Source of the DNA: Escherichia coli
GTDB taxonomy: Bacteria > Pseudomonadota > Gammaproteobacteria > Enterobacterales > Enterobacteriaceae
DNA length: 64,000 nucleotides
Assembly: GCF_003018255.1 (NCBI RefSeq)
Contig: NZ_CP027440.1
Strand: one strand, 5' to 3'
The notes under the pieces: model-generated
What the model was told of the DNA's origin: nothing
What the model saw: the letters and a program-made list of their open reading frames with translations, nothing else
The model's database searches: none
In this document: piece by piece, positions 36,001 through 47,857 of the stretch
Layout of the letters: the number at the start of each line of letters is the position of its first letter
Numbering within the stretch: the stretch's first letter is position 1
Made by a program: the position numbers and the translations under genes

Positions 36001-36996
36001 ATGGAGCTGCTCTGCCCTGCCGGAAATCTCCCGGCGCTTAAGGCGGCCATCGAAAACGGCGCAGATGCTGTTTATATCGGGCTAAAAGATGATACCAATG
36101 CCCGTCACTTCGCCGGCCTTAACTTTACCGAGAAAAAATTGCAGGAAGCGGTGAGTTTTGTCCATCAACATCGCCGCAAACTTCACATCGCGATTAACAC
36201 TTTTGCGCATCCGGACGGTTACGCCCGCTGGCAGCGCGCCGTGGATATGGCGGCGCAGTTGGGTGCCGACGCGCTGATCCTCGCCGACCTCGCCATGCTG
36301 GAGTACGCCGCCGAGCGTTACCCGCATATTGAGCGTCATGTGTCAGTGCAGGCTTCGGCGACCAATGAAGAGGCGATTAACTTTTATCATCGCCATTTTG
36401 ACGTTGCCCGCGTGGTGCTGCCGCGCGTGTTGTCGATTCATCAGGTGAAACAACTGGCACGGGTCACACCTGTCCCGCTGGAAGTGTTTGCTTTCGGCAG
36501 CCTGTGCATTATGTCGGAAGGCCGTTGCTATCTGTCGTCGTATCTGACGGGTGAGTCGCCCAACACCGTGGGCGCGTGTTCTCCGGCCCGTTTCGTGCGC
36601 TGGCAGCAAACGCCGCAGGGACTGGAATCTCGCCTGAACGAAGTGCTGATCGACCGTTATCAGGATGGCGAAAACGCAGGTTATCCGACGCTGTGTAAAG
36701 GGCGTTATCTGGTGGACGGCGAGCGCTATCACGCGCTGGAAGAACCCACCAGTCTCAATACCCTGGAACTGCTGCCGGAGTTAATGGCGGCGAATATTGC
36801 TTCGGTGAAAATTGAAGGCCGCCAGCGTAGCCCGGCGTATGTCAGCCAGGTGGCGAAAGTCTGGCGTCAGGCTATCGACCGTTGTAAGGCCGATCCGCAA
36901 AACTTCGTACCGCAAAGCGCGTGGATGGAGACGCTCGGGTCGATGTCCGAAGGCACGCAAACTACCCTTGGCGCGTATCACCGTAAATGGCAGTGA
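36001..36996 (+). CDS. ubiU: U32-peptidase-family protein, O2-independent ubiquinone hydroxylation
   Basis: ATG at 36001 gives MELLCPAGNLPALKAAIENGADAVYIG (yhbU). Confidence 0.88.
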   Translation: MELLCPAGNLPALKAAIENGADAVYIGLKDDTNARHFAGLNFTEKKLQEAVSFVHQHRRKLHIAINTFAHPDGYARWQRAVDMAAQLGADALILADLAMLEYAAERYPHIERHVSVQASATNEEAINFYHRHFDVARVVLPRVLSIHQVKQLARVTPVPLEVFAFGSLCIMSEGRCYLSSYLTGESPNTVGACSPARFVRWQQTPQGLESRLNEVLIDRYQDGENAGYPTLCKGRYLVDGERYHALEEPTSLNTLELLPELMAANIASVKIEGRQRSPAYVSQVAKVWRQAIDRCKADPQNFVPQSAWMETLGSMSEGTQTTLGAYHRKWQ

Positions 36997-37004
36997 GAAA
37001 AGCA

Positions 37005-37883
37005 ATGAAATATTCCTTAGGGCCGGTGCTATGGTACTGGCCAAAAGAGACGCTGGAAGACTTTTATCAGCAGGCCGCCGCCAGCAGCGCAGACGTGATT
37101 TATCTTGGTGAAGCGGTCTGTAGCAAACGCCGGGCAACCAAAGTTGGCGACTGGCTGGAGATGGCAAAATCGCTCGCCGGAAGTGGCAAGCAGATTGTGC
37201 TCTCCACGCTGGCGCTGGTGCAGGCGTCCTCCGAACTTGGCGAACTGAAACGTTATGTTGAGAACGGTGAGTTTCTGATTGAAGCCAGCGATCTCGGCGT
37301 GGTGAATATGTGCGCTGAACGCAAACTGCCGTTCGTCGCCGGGCACGCGCTGAACTGCTACAACGCGGTGACACTGAAAATATTGCTCAAACAGGGCATG
37401 ATGCGCTGGTGTATGCCGGTGGAGCTTTCCCGCGACTGGCTGGTGAATCTGCTTAATCAGTGCGATGAGCTGGGCATTCGCAACCAGTTTGAAGTGGAAG
37501 TCCTGAGCTACGGTCATCTGCCGCTGGCCTACTCCGCCCGCTGCTTTACCGCGCGTTCGGAAGACCGCCCGAAAGATGAGTGTGAAACCTGCTGCATTAA
37601 GTATCCGAACGGGCGCAACGTGCTATCGCAGGAAAACCAACAAGTGTTTGTACTCAATGGCATTCAGACCATGAGCGGCTACGTTTACAACCTCGGTAAC
37701 GAGCTGGCATCCATGCAGGGGCTGGTCGATGTGGTCCGCCTGTCACCGCAGGGTACTGACACTTTCGCGATACTCGACGCCTTCCGCGCCAATGAAAATG
37801 GCGCTGCACCACTGCCGTTGACGGCAAACAGCGATTGTAACGGCTACTGGCGGCGGCTGGCCGGGCTGGAGCTGCAAGCCTAA
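37005..37883 (+). CDS. ubiV: U32-peptidase-family protein, partner of UbiU
   Basis: ATG at 37005 gives MKYSLGPVLWYWPKETLEDFYQ (yhbV); overlaps the ubiU frame end. Confidence 0.88.
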   Translation: MKYSLGPVLWYWPKETLEDFYQQAAASSADVIYLGEAVCSKRRATKVGDWLEMAKSLAGSGKQIVLSTLALVQASSELGELKRYVENGEFLIEASDLGVVNMCAERKLPFVAGHALNCYNAVTLKILLKQGMMRWCMPVELSRDWLVNLLNQCDELGIRNQFEVEVLSYGHLPLAYSARCFTARSEDRPKDECETCCIKYPNGRNVLSQENQQVFVLNGIQTMSGYVYNLGNELASMQGLVDVVRLSPQGTDTFAILDAFRANENGAAPLPLTANSDCNGYWRRLAGLELQA

Positions 37884-37963
37884 GTAAATAGCTCACTTTG
37901 TTAACAACTTTAACTACTCTTTAATGCAGTATTAAAGATTAATCAGTAACAAAGTGAGCTGTT

Positions 37964-38971
37964 ATGACTGATAAAACCATTGCGTTTTCGCTACTCGATC
38001 TGGCCCCCATTCCCGAAGGCTCTTCAGCGCGGGAAGCGTTCTCCCACTCTCTCGACCTCGCCCGTCTGGCTGAAAAGCGCGGCTATCATCGCTACTGGCT
38101 GGCGGAACACCACAATATGACCGGCATTGCCAGTGCTGCAACATCAGTTTTGATTGGCTATCTGGCGGCGAATACCACTACGCTGCATCTGGGGTCTGGC
38201 GGCGTGATGTTGCCTAACCACTCACCATTGGTGATCGCCGAACAGTTCGGCACGCTTAATACGCTCTATCCGGGGCGAATCGATTTGGGGCTGGGTCGTG
38301 CGCCGGGTAGTGACCAGCGAACCATGATGGCACTACGTCGTCATATGAGCGGTGATATTGATAATTTCCCCCGCGATGTCGCGGAGCTGGTGGACTGGTT
38401 TGACGCCCGCGATCCCAATCCGCATGTGCGCCCGGTACCAGGCTATGGCGAGAAAATCCCCGTGTGGTTGTTAGGCTCCAGCCTTTACAGCGCGCAACTG
38501 GCGGCGCAGCTTGGTCTGCCGTTTGCGTTTGCCTCACACTTCGCGCCGGATATGTTGTTCCAGGCGCTGCATCTTTATCGCAGCAACTTCAAACCGTCGG
38601 CACGACTGGAAAAACCATACGCGATGGTGTGCATCAATATTATCGCTGCCGACAGCAACCGCGACGCTGAATTTCTGTTTACCTCAATGCAGCAAGCCTT
38701 TGTGAAACTACGCCGTGGCGAAACCGGACAACTACCGCCACCGATTCAAAATATGGATCAGTTCTGGTCACCGTCTGAGCAGTATGGCGTGCAGCAGGCG
38801 CTGAGTATGTCGTTGGTAGGTGATAAAGCGAAAGTGCGTCATGGCTTGCAGTCGATCCTGCGCGAAACCGACGCCGATGAGATTATGGTTAACGGGCAGA
38901 TTTTCGATCACCAGGCACGCCTGCATTCGTTTGAACTGGCGATGGATGTGAAGGAAGAGTTGTTGGGATAG
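37964..38971 (+). CDS. yhbW: luciferase-like flavin-dependent monooxygenase
   Basis: 335-aa [29 protein letters not shown]. Confidence 0.88.
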   Translation: MTDKTIAFSLLDLAPIPEGSSAREAFSHSLDLARLAEKRGYHRYWLAEHHNMTGIASAATSVLIGYLAANTTTLHLGSGGVMLPNHSPLVIAEQFGTLNTLYPGRIDLGLGRAPGSDQRTMMALRRHMSGDIDNFPRDVAELVDWFDARDPNPHVRPVPGYGEKIPVWLLGSSLYSAQLAAQLGLPFAFASHFAPDMLFQALHLYRSNFKPSARLEKPYAMVCINIIAADSNRDAEFLFTSMQQAFVKLRRGETGQLPPPIQNMDQFWSPSEQYGVQQALSMSLVGDKAKVRHGLQSILRETDADEIMVNGQIFDHQARLHSFELAMDVKEELLG

Positions 38972-38982
38972 TATGTCTTAAC

Positions 38983-39085
38983 GCGGGAAGCCTTATCCGA
39001 GCTGGCAACGCTGTCCTACGTAGACCTGATAAGCGAAGCGCATCAGGCATTGTGGAGGCAGCAGAAATGTCGGATAAGGCACCGC
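38983..39085. repeat. REP/BIME element
   Basis: gccttatccgagctggc ... tgtcggataaggcaccgc palindromic units between yhbW and mtr. Confidence 0.75.
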
Positions 39086-39088
39086 TGA

Positions 39089-40333
39089 TTACTGATACAC
39101 CGGCAGCAAATTAAAGCTCGATAAAATATGCACCAGTGCGTTGCCGACGCCAAATACCAGAATCAGCGCAATCATCGGCTTGCCGCCCCAGACGCGGAAT
39201 TTCGGGCTGCCAAAGCGTTTACGCGATGCGCGGGCCAACAGCGCCGGTACAATTGCCGCCCAGATAGTAGCTGCTAAGCCAGCATAACCAATGGCATACA
39301 GGAATCCGTTCGGAAATAGCAGACCACCCACAACAGGCGGGGCAAAGGTCAGCAACGCCGTTTTAAAGCGGCCCAGGGCAGAGTCGTCAAAACCAAACAG
39401 ATCTGCCAGATAGTCAAACAAACCCAGCGTTACGCCGAGGAACGAACTTGCTACCGCAAAGTTTGAGAACACGACCAGCAGAAGGTCCAGGCTACGGCTG
39501 TTCAGCACGCCGCTTAATGCCTGTACCAGCACATCAATATTACCGCCCTTCTCGGCGATGCCGATAAACTCCGGACGAGGGATGTTGCCCATCGTCGCCA
39601 GCAACCAGATGGTATACAGCGCCAGCGCCATCAGCGTACCGTACACCAGGCATTTCACGATGGTTTTCGGATCTTTGCCGTAATACTTCATCAGGCTCGG
39701 CACGTTACCGTGATAACCAAACGATGCCAGACAGAATGGCAGCGTCATCAGCAGATACGGTGCATAAGACGCATTGCTTTCGGCGACGTTGAACAATGTC
39801 GCAGGCTGCACATGCCCCAGTAGGCTACCGAAGGTGAGGAAGAAGGTAATGACTTTCGCCCCCAGCACAATCGCCGTCATGCGGCTGACGGCTTTAGTGC
39901 TCAACCACACCACAAACGCCACCAGCAGTGCAAAACCAAAACCCGCTGCCCGTGCCGGGACGTTCAATGACATCTCTGCGAAGGTATGATGCAGAATCGA
40001 ACCGCTGGCAGAAATATAGGCATAGGTCAGGATATAGAGCACAAAGGCAATGGAAATGCCGTTGACCACGTTCCAGCCTTTGCCCAGCAAATCTTTGGTG
40101 ATGGTGTCAAAGCTCGAACCGATTCGGTAATTCAGGTTAGCTTCCAGAATCATCAAGCCGGAATGCAGCATACAGAACCAGGTAAAGATCAGCGCCGCCA
40201 TTGACCAGAAGAACCACGCCCCGGACATGACCACAGGCAGAGAAAACATCCCTGCGCCAATAATGGTGCCGCCGATAATCACCACGCCGCCAAGCAGCGA
40301 CGGTGACGTTTGGGTGGTGGTTAGTGTTGCCAT
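39089..40333 (-). CDS. mtr: tryptophan-specific permease
   Basis: 414-aa membrane [36 protein letters not shown]. Confidence 0.92.
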   Translation of the reverse strand: MATLTTTQTSPSLLGGVVIIGGTIIGAGMFSLPVVMSGAWFFWSMAALIFTWFCMLHSGLMILEANLNYRIGSSFDTITKDLLGKGWNVVNGISIAFVLYILTYAYISASGSILHHTFAEMSLNVPARAAGFGFALLVAFVVWLSTKAVSRMTAIVLGAKVITFFLTFGSLLGHVQPATLFNVAESNASYAPYLLMTLPFCLASFGYHGNVPSLMKYYGKDPKTIVKCLVYGTLMALALYTIWLLATMGNIPRPEFIGIAEKGGNIDVLVQALSGVLNSRSLDLLLVVFSNFAVASSFLGVTLGLFDYLADLFGFDDSALGRFKTALLTFAPPVVGGLLFPNGFLYAIGYAGLAATIWAAIVPALLARASRKRFGSPKFRVWGGKPMIALILVFGVGNALVHILSSFNLLPVYQ

Positions 40334-40486
40334 GAGGGCTTCTCTCCAGTGAAAAATAGTGCGACTGCGTTGTTATGCATTGCACTGTACCAGTACACGA
40401 GTACAAAAGACAGAAAAAAAGCCCCGATGGTAAAAATCGGGGCTGTATATATTATTTTACAGATTGTGTTCGCTGTTCAGCGATGA

Positions 40487-42376
40487 TTACGCATCACCAC
40501 CGAAACGACGACGACCGGTAGAGTCATCACGACGCGGAGCGCGGCCTTCACGACGTTCGCCGCTAAAACGACGACCATCACCACGACCACCTTCACGGCG
40601 TTCACCGCTGAAGTTACGACCGCCTTCACGACGTTCGCCACTGAAACCACGACCACCGCCACGACGCTCACCGCCAGTATGCGGCTGTGCATCGCCCAGT
40701 AACTGCATGTTCATCGGCTTGTTGAGAATGCGAGTGCGTGTAAAGTGTTGCAGCACTTCACCCGGCATACCTTTCGGCAGTTCGATGGTGGAGTGAGAAG
40801 CAAACAGCTTGATGTTACCAATGTAACGGCTGCTGATGTCGCCTTCGTTAGCAATCGCACCAACGATATGACGAACTTCAACACCATCATCGCGGCCCAC
40901 TTCAATGCGGTACAGCTGCATATCGCCAACATCACGACGTTCACGACGCGGACGATCTTCACGGTCACCACGCGGGCCACGGTCGTTACGATCGCGCGGA
41001 CCACGGTCATCACGGTCACGGAATTCACGTTTCGGACGCATCGGCGCATCTGGCGGAACAATCAGAGTACGTTCACCCTGTGCCATTTTCAGCAGTGCGG
41101 CGGCCAGAGTTTCGAGATCCAGCTCTTCACCTTCTGCCGTCGGCTGAATTTTGCTCAGCAGTGCACGGTATTGATCCAGATCGCTGCTTTCCAGCTGCTG
41201 CTGTACTTTAGCGGCGAATTTTTCCAGACGACGTTTGCCCAGCAGTTCTGCGTTCGGCAGTTCAACTTCCGGAATGGTCAGCTTCATGGTGCGTTCAATG
41301 TTACGCAGCAGACGACGCTCACGGTTCTCAACGAACAGCAGCGCACGGCCAGCACGGCCCGCACGACCAGTACGACCGATACGGTGAACGTAAGACTCAG
41401 AATCCATCGGGATATCGTAGTTAACTACCAGGCTGATACGCTCAACGTCCAGGCCACGGGCCGCAACGTCGGTCGCAATCAGGATGTCCAGACGACCATC
41501 TTTCAGTCGTTCCAGTGTCTGCTCACGCAGCGCCTGGTTCATGTCACCGTTCAGCGCGGCGCTGTTGTAGCCGTTACGCTCAAGGGCTTCTGCCACTTCC
41601 AGAGTCGCGTTTTTGGTACGAACGAAGATAATCGCCGCATCAAAATCTTCCGCTTCCAGGAAACGTACCAGTGCTTCGTTTTTACGCATACCCCAGACAG
41701 TCCAGTAGCTCTGGCTGATGTCAGGACGGGTAGTCACGCTGGACTGAATGCGCACTTCCTGCGGCTCTTTCATAAAGCGGCGGGTAATGCGACGAATCGC
41801 TTCCGGCATGGTTGCAGAGAACAGAGCGGTCTGATGACCTTCCGGGATCTGCGCCATAATAGTTTCAACGTCTTCGATGAAGCCCATGCGCAGCATTTCG
41901 TCAGCTTCATCCAGAACCAGACCGCTCAGTTTAGAAAGGTCCAGAGTGCCACGTTTCAGGTGATCCAGCAGACGGCCCGGAGTACCGACAACGATCTGCG
42001 GCCCCTGACGCAGGGCGCGTAATTGCACGTCATAACGCTGGCCGCCGTACAGGGCAACCACGTTTACGCCGCGCATGTGTTTAGAGAAATCCGTCATTGC
42101 CTCAGCAACCTGTACCGCCAGTTCGCGGGTCGGTGCCAACACCAGAATCTGTGGTGCTTTCAGCTCAGGATCAAGATTCTGCAGCAGAGGTAAAGAGAAT
42201 GCTGCAGTTTTTCCGCTCCCCGTCTGGGCCATACCCAGAACGTCGCGGCCATTCAGCAGATGTGGAATACACTCTGCCTGAATTGGAGATGGTTTTTCGT
42301 AACCCAGATCGTTAAGGGCTTCAAGGATAGGAGCCTTCAGGCCCAGATCTGCAAAAGTGGTTTCGAATTCAGCCAT
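40487..42376 (-). CDS. deaD: cold-shock DEAD-box RNA helicase
   Basis: ORF track 40487..42442; ATG at 42376 gives [33 protein letters not shown]; DEAD motif; RGG/GERREG-rich C-terminus. Confidence 0.93.
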
Positions 42377-42449
42377 GTAGTACGTGTGCCTCAAAATTAA
42401 TGGCGGCCAGTCTACATAACTCATCATGAAATTGATCAGCAATTTTCAT
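42369..42449 (-). CDS. yrbN: 26-codon small ORF overlapping the deaD start
   Basis: Read directly: ATG AAA ATT GCT GAT CAA TTT CAT GAT GAG TTA TGT AGA CTG GCC GCC ATT AAT TTT GAG GCA CAC GTA CTA CAT GGC TGA; stop overlaps the deaD ATG; name recalled from K-12 annotation. Confidence 0.55.
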
Positions 42450-42555
42450 TGAAAAGTGTGAACCGGCTCAAAGTAGGTGTATTAACGAACAACAACGCCC
42501 TCACCCGTTAAGGTGATGGCAATCAAAAAAGATTACGGGCTGATGTGTACGTCAG

Positions 42556-43440
42556 CTATTGCTGGTCCGATTCTGCCAGGTCATCTTGGTCCTGGCCCAG
42601 GAGCGATAATTCCAACAATGCGTATCGGTGCTCAACAAAGTTATGAACGTTGTTGGCAACCGCCAGTTTGAACAGTGCCGTGGCGCTGTCCAAATCCCCC
42701 AGACTTAGGTAGTACTTACCTAAATAGAAGTTGGTTTCACTGAGATGCTCAGCGAGCGAGGTGTTATCCGTTGCGTCCGCCTTGAGCCTTTCCATTAACG
42801 TTTGTTCGCTAATGTTGCCCAGGTAGAACTCGACAATGTTCCATCCCCACTGTTCCTTATCCGATTTTTCGAAGTGCTGTTTCAACACTTCTTTAGCCTG
42901 CTTCTCATCGAGCTTCTGCTCGGCGAGATAAAGCCACAGACTACGGAAAGGATCATTGGGATCGTCTTGATAAAACGCCAGCAGATCATCTTGCGCTAAC
43001 TTGTCACGACCGCCGTAATATAATGCGATCCCGCGATTCAAGTGCGCGTAGTTGTAAGTTGGATCAAGCTCAAGTACAGAATCAAACGCTTCATAGGCAG
43101 CATCAAAATTGCCTGCCTGCGTTAAATATATGCCTAAGTAATTGAATACTTCAGGCATATCCGGTCGGATTGCCAGCGCTTGCGAAAAATCGTTACGCGC
43201 TAATGCCCTCAGACCGAGACTATCATACAACACTCCGCGCTCATATAAAAGCTGTGCGCGTTCGTCATCGGTTAAAGCCCGACTGGCAAGGATTTGTTCC
43301 ATACGTGCCAGAATCACTTCCTGCTGTAAAGTCGGTTGCAATGGTACCGCGAGGACTTCACTTTTACGCCAGGAAGTATTACTGCATCCTGCAAGCGTAA
43401 GTGCTGTCGCAACGAAACACCAGCGCAAAAAAGGCTTCAT
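42556..43440 (-). CDS. nlpI: TPR-repeat lipoprotein
   Basis: 294-aa [22 protein letters not shown] with lipobox. Confidence 0.92.
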
Positions 43441-43548
43441 TTCCCACTCCCGAAGACCACGGTTGAATGAACGTCCTGTTCCCGGTTGCTAACAAGGCGT
43501 CCTGCCCGGTTAAAAGCCCCCCGCCGCAGCGGAGGGCAAATGGCAACC

Positions 43549-45684
43549 TTACTCGCCCTGTTCAGCAGCCGGAGCTTCCGGTGCTGCAGCAGGTTGAGAC
43601 TGCTCAGTCGCTTCTTTAATGCTCAGACGGATACGGCCCTGGCGATCAACTTCCAGAACTTTCACCGGTACTTCCTGACCCATCTGCAGGTAATCGGTCA
43701 CTTTCTCAACGCGTTTGTCAGCGATCTGAGAGATGTGTACCAGACCTTCTTTACCGCCGCCGATGGCAACAAATGCGCCAAAGTCAACGATACGGGTCAC
43801 TTTACCATTGTAGACGCGGCCCACTTCGATTTCTGCAGTGATCTCTTCGATACGACGAATAGCATGTTTCGCTTTCTCGCCGTCGGTCGCTGCGATTTTC
43901 ACAGTACCGTCATCTTCGATTTCGATGGTGGTGCCAGTTTCTTCGGTCAGAGCACGGATAACAGAACCGCCTTTACCGATAACGTCTTTGATCTTGTCCG
44001 GGTTGATCTTGATGGTATGGATACGCGGAGCGAACTCAGAGATATCGCCGCGCGGCGCGTTGATCGCCTGTTCCATTACGCCCAGGATATGCAGACGCGC
44101 ACCTTTAGCCTGGTTCAGCGCAACCTGCATGATCTCTTTGGTGATACCTTCAATTTTGATATCCATCTGCAATGCAGAGATACCGTCACGGGAACCCGCA
44201 ACTTTGAAGTCCATATCGCCCAGGTGATCTTCGTCGCCCAAAATGTCAGACAGTACAACGTAGTTGTCGCCTTCTTTCACCAGACCCATTGCGATACCCG
44301 CAACGGCAGCTTTGATCGGCACACCTGCGTCCATCAGCGCCAGAGACGCGCCGCACACGGAAGCCATAGAAGAGGAACCGTTGGATTCGGTGATTTCAGA
44401 CACAACACGTACGGTATACGGGAATTTGTCCATATCCGGCATGACTGCCAGCACGCCGCGCTTCGCCAGACGACCGTGACCAATTTCACGACGCTTCGGA
44501 GAACCGACCATGCCGGTTTCGCCTACAGAGTACGGAGGGAAGTTGTAGTGGAACAGGAAGGTGTCAGTACGTTCGCCCATCAGTTCATCAAGAACCTGCG
44601 CGTCACGTGCAGTACCTAGCGTTGCGGTAACCAGCGCCTGAGTTTCACCACGGGTGAACAGCGCAGAACCGTGAGTACGCGGCAGCACACCAGTACGCAC
44701 ATCCAGACCACGGATCATATCTTTTTCACGACCGTCGATACGCGGTTCGCCTGCCAGTACGCGGCTACGAACAACATTTTTCTCGATAGCGTGCAGAATT
44801 TCACCCAGTTCGTTTTCGTCCAGGGTTTCGTCTTCAGCAAGCAGTGTCGCGATGGTTTCAGATTTGATGACATCAACCTGCGCATAACGCTCTTGTTTGT
44901 CGGTGATGCGGTAAGCATCGCTCAGACGAGCTTCAGCCAGTGCAGCAACGCGCGCGTTCAGCGCTTCGTTTACCGGCTCCGGCTGCCAGTCCCAACGCGG
45001 TTTACCGGCTTCTTTCACCAGTTCATTGATGTTCTGAATAACAACCTGCTGTTGTTCATGACCGAAGACTACTGCGCCCAGCATCTGGTCTTCGCTCAGC
45101 AGTTCAGCTTCAGATTCAACCATCAGTACAGCGGCTTCAGTACCCGCAACAACCAGATCCAGTTTGCTCTCTTTCAACTCGTCCTGAGTCGGGTTCAGTA
45201 CGTACTGGTCATTGATGTAACCTACACGGGCAGCACCAATCGGGCCATTGAACGGAATACCAGACAGAGACAGGGCTGCGGAAGCACCAATCATCGCGAC
45301 GATATCCGGGTTAACCTGCGGGTTAACAGAAACCACGGTGGCGATAACCTGAACTTCGTTGACGAAGCCTTCCGGGAACAGCGGGCGAATCGGGCGGTCA
45401 ATCAGACGCGCGATCAGGGTTTCGCCTTCGCTTGGGCGGCCTTCACGACGGAAGAAGCTACCCGGGATACGACCAGCAGCGTAGGTACGCTCCTGATAGT
45501 TAACGGTCAGCGGGAAGAAGTCCTGACCTGGTTTGGCTTTTTTCTGACCAACAACGGTAACGAATACCGCAGTGTCATCCATGCTAACCATAACAGCGGC
45601 AGTAGCCTGACGAGCCATCATGCCGGTTTCCAGAGTCACGGTGTGTTGGCCGTACTGGAATTTACGAACGATCGGATTAAGCAA
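43549..45684 (-). CDS. pnp: polynucleotide phosphorylase
   Basis: ORF track 43549..45771; PNPase N-terminus (M)[20 protein letters not shown] begins at a TTG codon at 45684; KH and S1 domains at the C-terminus. Confidence 0.93.
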   Translation of the reverse strand: MLNPIVRKFQYGQHTVTLETGMMARQATAAVMVSMDDTAVFVTVVGQKKAKPGQDFFPLTVNYQERTYAAGRIPGSFFRREGRPSEGETLIARLIDRPIRPLFPEGFVNEVQVIATVVSVNPQVNPDIVAMIGASAALSLSGIPFNGPIGAARVGYINDQYVLNPTQDELKESKLDLVVAGTEAAVLMVESEAELLSEDQMLGAVVFGHEQQQVVIQNINELVKEAGKPRWDWQPEPVNEALNARVAALAEARLSDAYRITDKQERYAQVDVIKSETIATLLAEDETLDENELGEILHAIEKNVVRSRVLAGEPRIDGREKDMIRGLDVRTGVLPRTHGSALFTRGETQALVTATLGTARDAQVLDELMGERTDTFLFHYNFPPYSVGETGMVGSPKRREIGHGRLAKRGVLAVMPDMDKFPYTVRVVSEITESNGSSSMASVCGASLALMDAGVPIKAAVAGIAMGLVKEGDNYVVLSDILGDEDHLGDMDFKVAGSRDGISALQMDIKIEGITKEIMQVALNQAKGARLHILGVMEQAINAPRGDISEFAPRIHTIKINPDKIKDVIGKGGSVIRALTEETGTTIEIEDDGTVKIAATDGEKAKHAIRRIEEITAEIEVGRVYNGKVTRIVDFGAFVAIGGGKEGLVHISQIADKRVEKVTDYLQMGQEVPVKVLEVDRQGRIRLSIKEATEQSQPAAAPEAPAAEQGE

Positions 45685-45930
45685 TGTAATATCCTTTCTC
45701 TTTCTTAGACAGTACCTTACGGCACTGGTGTTAATACCCGATCTTCTGCGCATCCTCGCGACTAATGACAACCCTAACCCAGCTCTATGTGGGTAAAGCC
45801 TCTCATTAGCCGCGCGAACCTCTGCAGCGGAAGATCATTCATAGCAACAATACATTAGTTTCCAGTGAATTGCTGCCGTCAGCTTGAAAAAAGGGGCCAC
45901 TCAGGCCCCCTTTTCTGAAACTCGCAAGAA
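45685..45930 (-). promoter_or_regulatory. pnp leader and rpsO terminator region
   Basis: GC-rich hairpin aaaaaaggggccactcaggccccctttt at 45887..45914 just 3' of rpsO, followed by a long structured pnp 5' UTR. Confidence 0.7.
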
Positions 45931-46296
<366 letters not shown>

Positions 46297-46348
46297 TTAA
46301 GCGGCAGTATTCTACTCGTAGCGACCTGTTATCGCAAGACGGTTAACA

Positions 46349-47293
46349 TTACGCCGGGTATTCAACCACCAGGCGACGAGGCGCAACGCGGCCTTCATCG
46401 TCAATTTCGCCCATACCGATAAACTTGCCGTTCTCACCTTCTGTAACGCGAACCAGTCCTTCCAGCGGCGCACCGGATGTACGAACCGGGTTACCATTTT
46501 TGAAGTAAACAGAAGACGTTAACGGAAGATTCACCACTGGATAGTCCGAAGCTGGACTGTCCATTGGCATCAGTAATGGATCAAGTAACTCCGCAGCCGG
46601 AATATCCTGCTGTTCGGCTTGCTCAACCAGTTCACGCAGATGTTCCAGGGTCACCATCCGTTCAACCGGATATTTACTTACCGCCAGACGACGCAAGTAA
46701 ATAACATGCGCGCCACAACCGAGTTTTTCGCCGAGATCGTCAATGATAGTGCGGATATAAGTGCCTTTTGAGCAGTGAATTTCCAGCTCCAGCTCATTGC
46801 CTTCATGGCGAATAAACAGCAATTCATAAACGGTAATCGGGCGCGCTTCACGCGGAACTTCAATGCCCTGACGCGCGTATTCGTACAGTTTTTTGCCCTG
46901 ATATTTCAGTGCTGAATACATCGAAGGGATCTGTTCGATATCGCCACGGAAGGTATCCAGCGCCGCCGCCAGTTGCTCTGCACTAAAGGTTACCGGACGT
47001 TCTTCAACGATTTGTCCGTCGGCATCAGAAGTATCGGTACGCTGTCCAAGACGCGCAATGACCCGATAACGTTTGTCGGAGTCCAGCAGATACTGGGAAA
47101 ACTTCGTCGCTTCCCCGAGGCAAATTGGCAACATGCCGGTCGCCAGCGGGTCCAGCGCACCGGTATGCCCGGCACGGTTGGCGTTATAAATCCGTTTCAC
47201 TTTTTGCAGCGCATCGTTGCTGGACATCCCCTGCGGTTTATCCAGCAACAAAACGCCGTTAATGTCGCGACCGCGACGACGAGGACGACTCAT
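46349..47293 (-). CDS. truB: tRNA pseudouridine(55) synthase
   Basis: 314-aa ORF with the catalytic motif [11 protein letters not shown]. Confidence 0.95.
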
Positions 47294-47694
47294 TAGTCCT
47301 CCTTGCTGTCGTCCGGGTTAACACGACGTTCTTCGTCATGTTTGACCACGCTGGTCACCAGGTTTGACATGCGCATCCCTTCAACCAGAGAGTTGTCGTA
47401 GAAGAAGGTCAGTTCCGGCACGATACGCAGGCGCATCGCTTTCCCCAGCAGGCTGCGGATGAAACCAGAAGCTTCCTGCAGCGCTTTGATGCCCGCTTTA
47501 ACCGCGTCTTCATCTTTGTCGTTGAGGAACGTTACATATACTTTGGCATACGCCAGGTCGCGAGACATTTCGACACCGGAAACGGTGGTCATCATGCCCA
47601 GACGAGGATCTTTAATTTCACGCTGCAGGATGAGAGCGATCTCTTTTTGCATTTCCTGCGCTACGCGCTGCGGGCGACCAAATTCTTTCGCCAT
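47293..47694 (-). CDS. rbfA: 30S ribosome-binding factor A
   Basis: ATG at 47694 gives [23 protein letters not shown]; 3' end abuts truB. Confidence 0.93.
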
Positions 47695-47772
47695 AATAAA
47701 TTCTCCTGACAAAAAAGGGGCTGTTAGCCCCTTTTTAAAATTAATTTCAGGTGGAAGGGCTGTTCACGTTGG

Positions 47773-47846
47773 CCTGATAAGACGCGCCAGCGTCGCATCA
47801 GGCAATCCATGCCGGATGCGGCGTAAACGCCTTATCCCGCATGGAA
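47773..47846. repeat. REP/BIME element
   Basis: ggcctgataagacgcgccagcgtcgcatcaggc ... gccggatgcggcgtaaacgccttatcc. Confidence 0.8.
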
Positions 47847-47857
47847 CCCTAAAAACC

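Noticed and set aside
40745-42022. 425-aa plus-strand ORF
   Set aside because: Antisense to deaD; stop-free because of the repeat and codon structure of deaD; composition-biased and not plausible as a protein.
43486-45708. 377-aa and 345-aa plus-strand ORFs (43486..44619, 44671..45708)
   Set aside because: Both are antisense to pnp; shadow frames.
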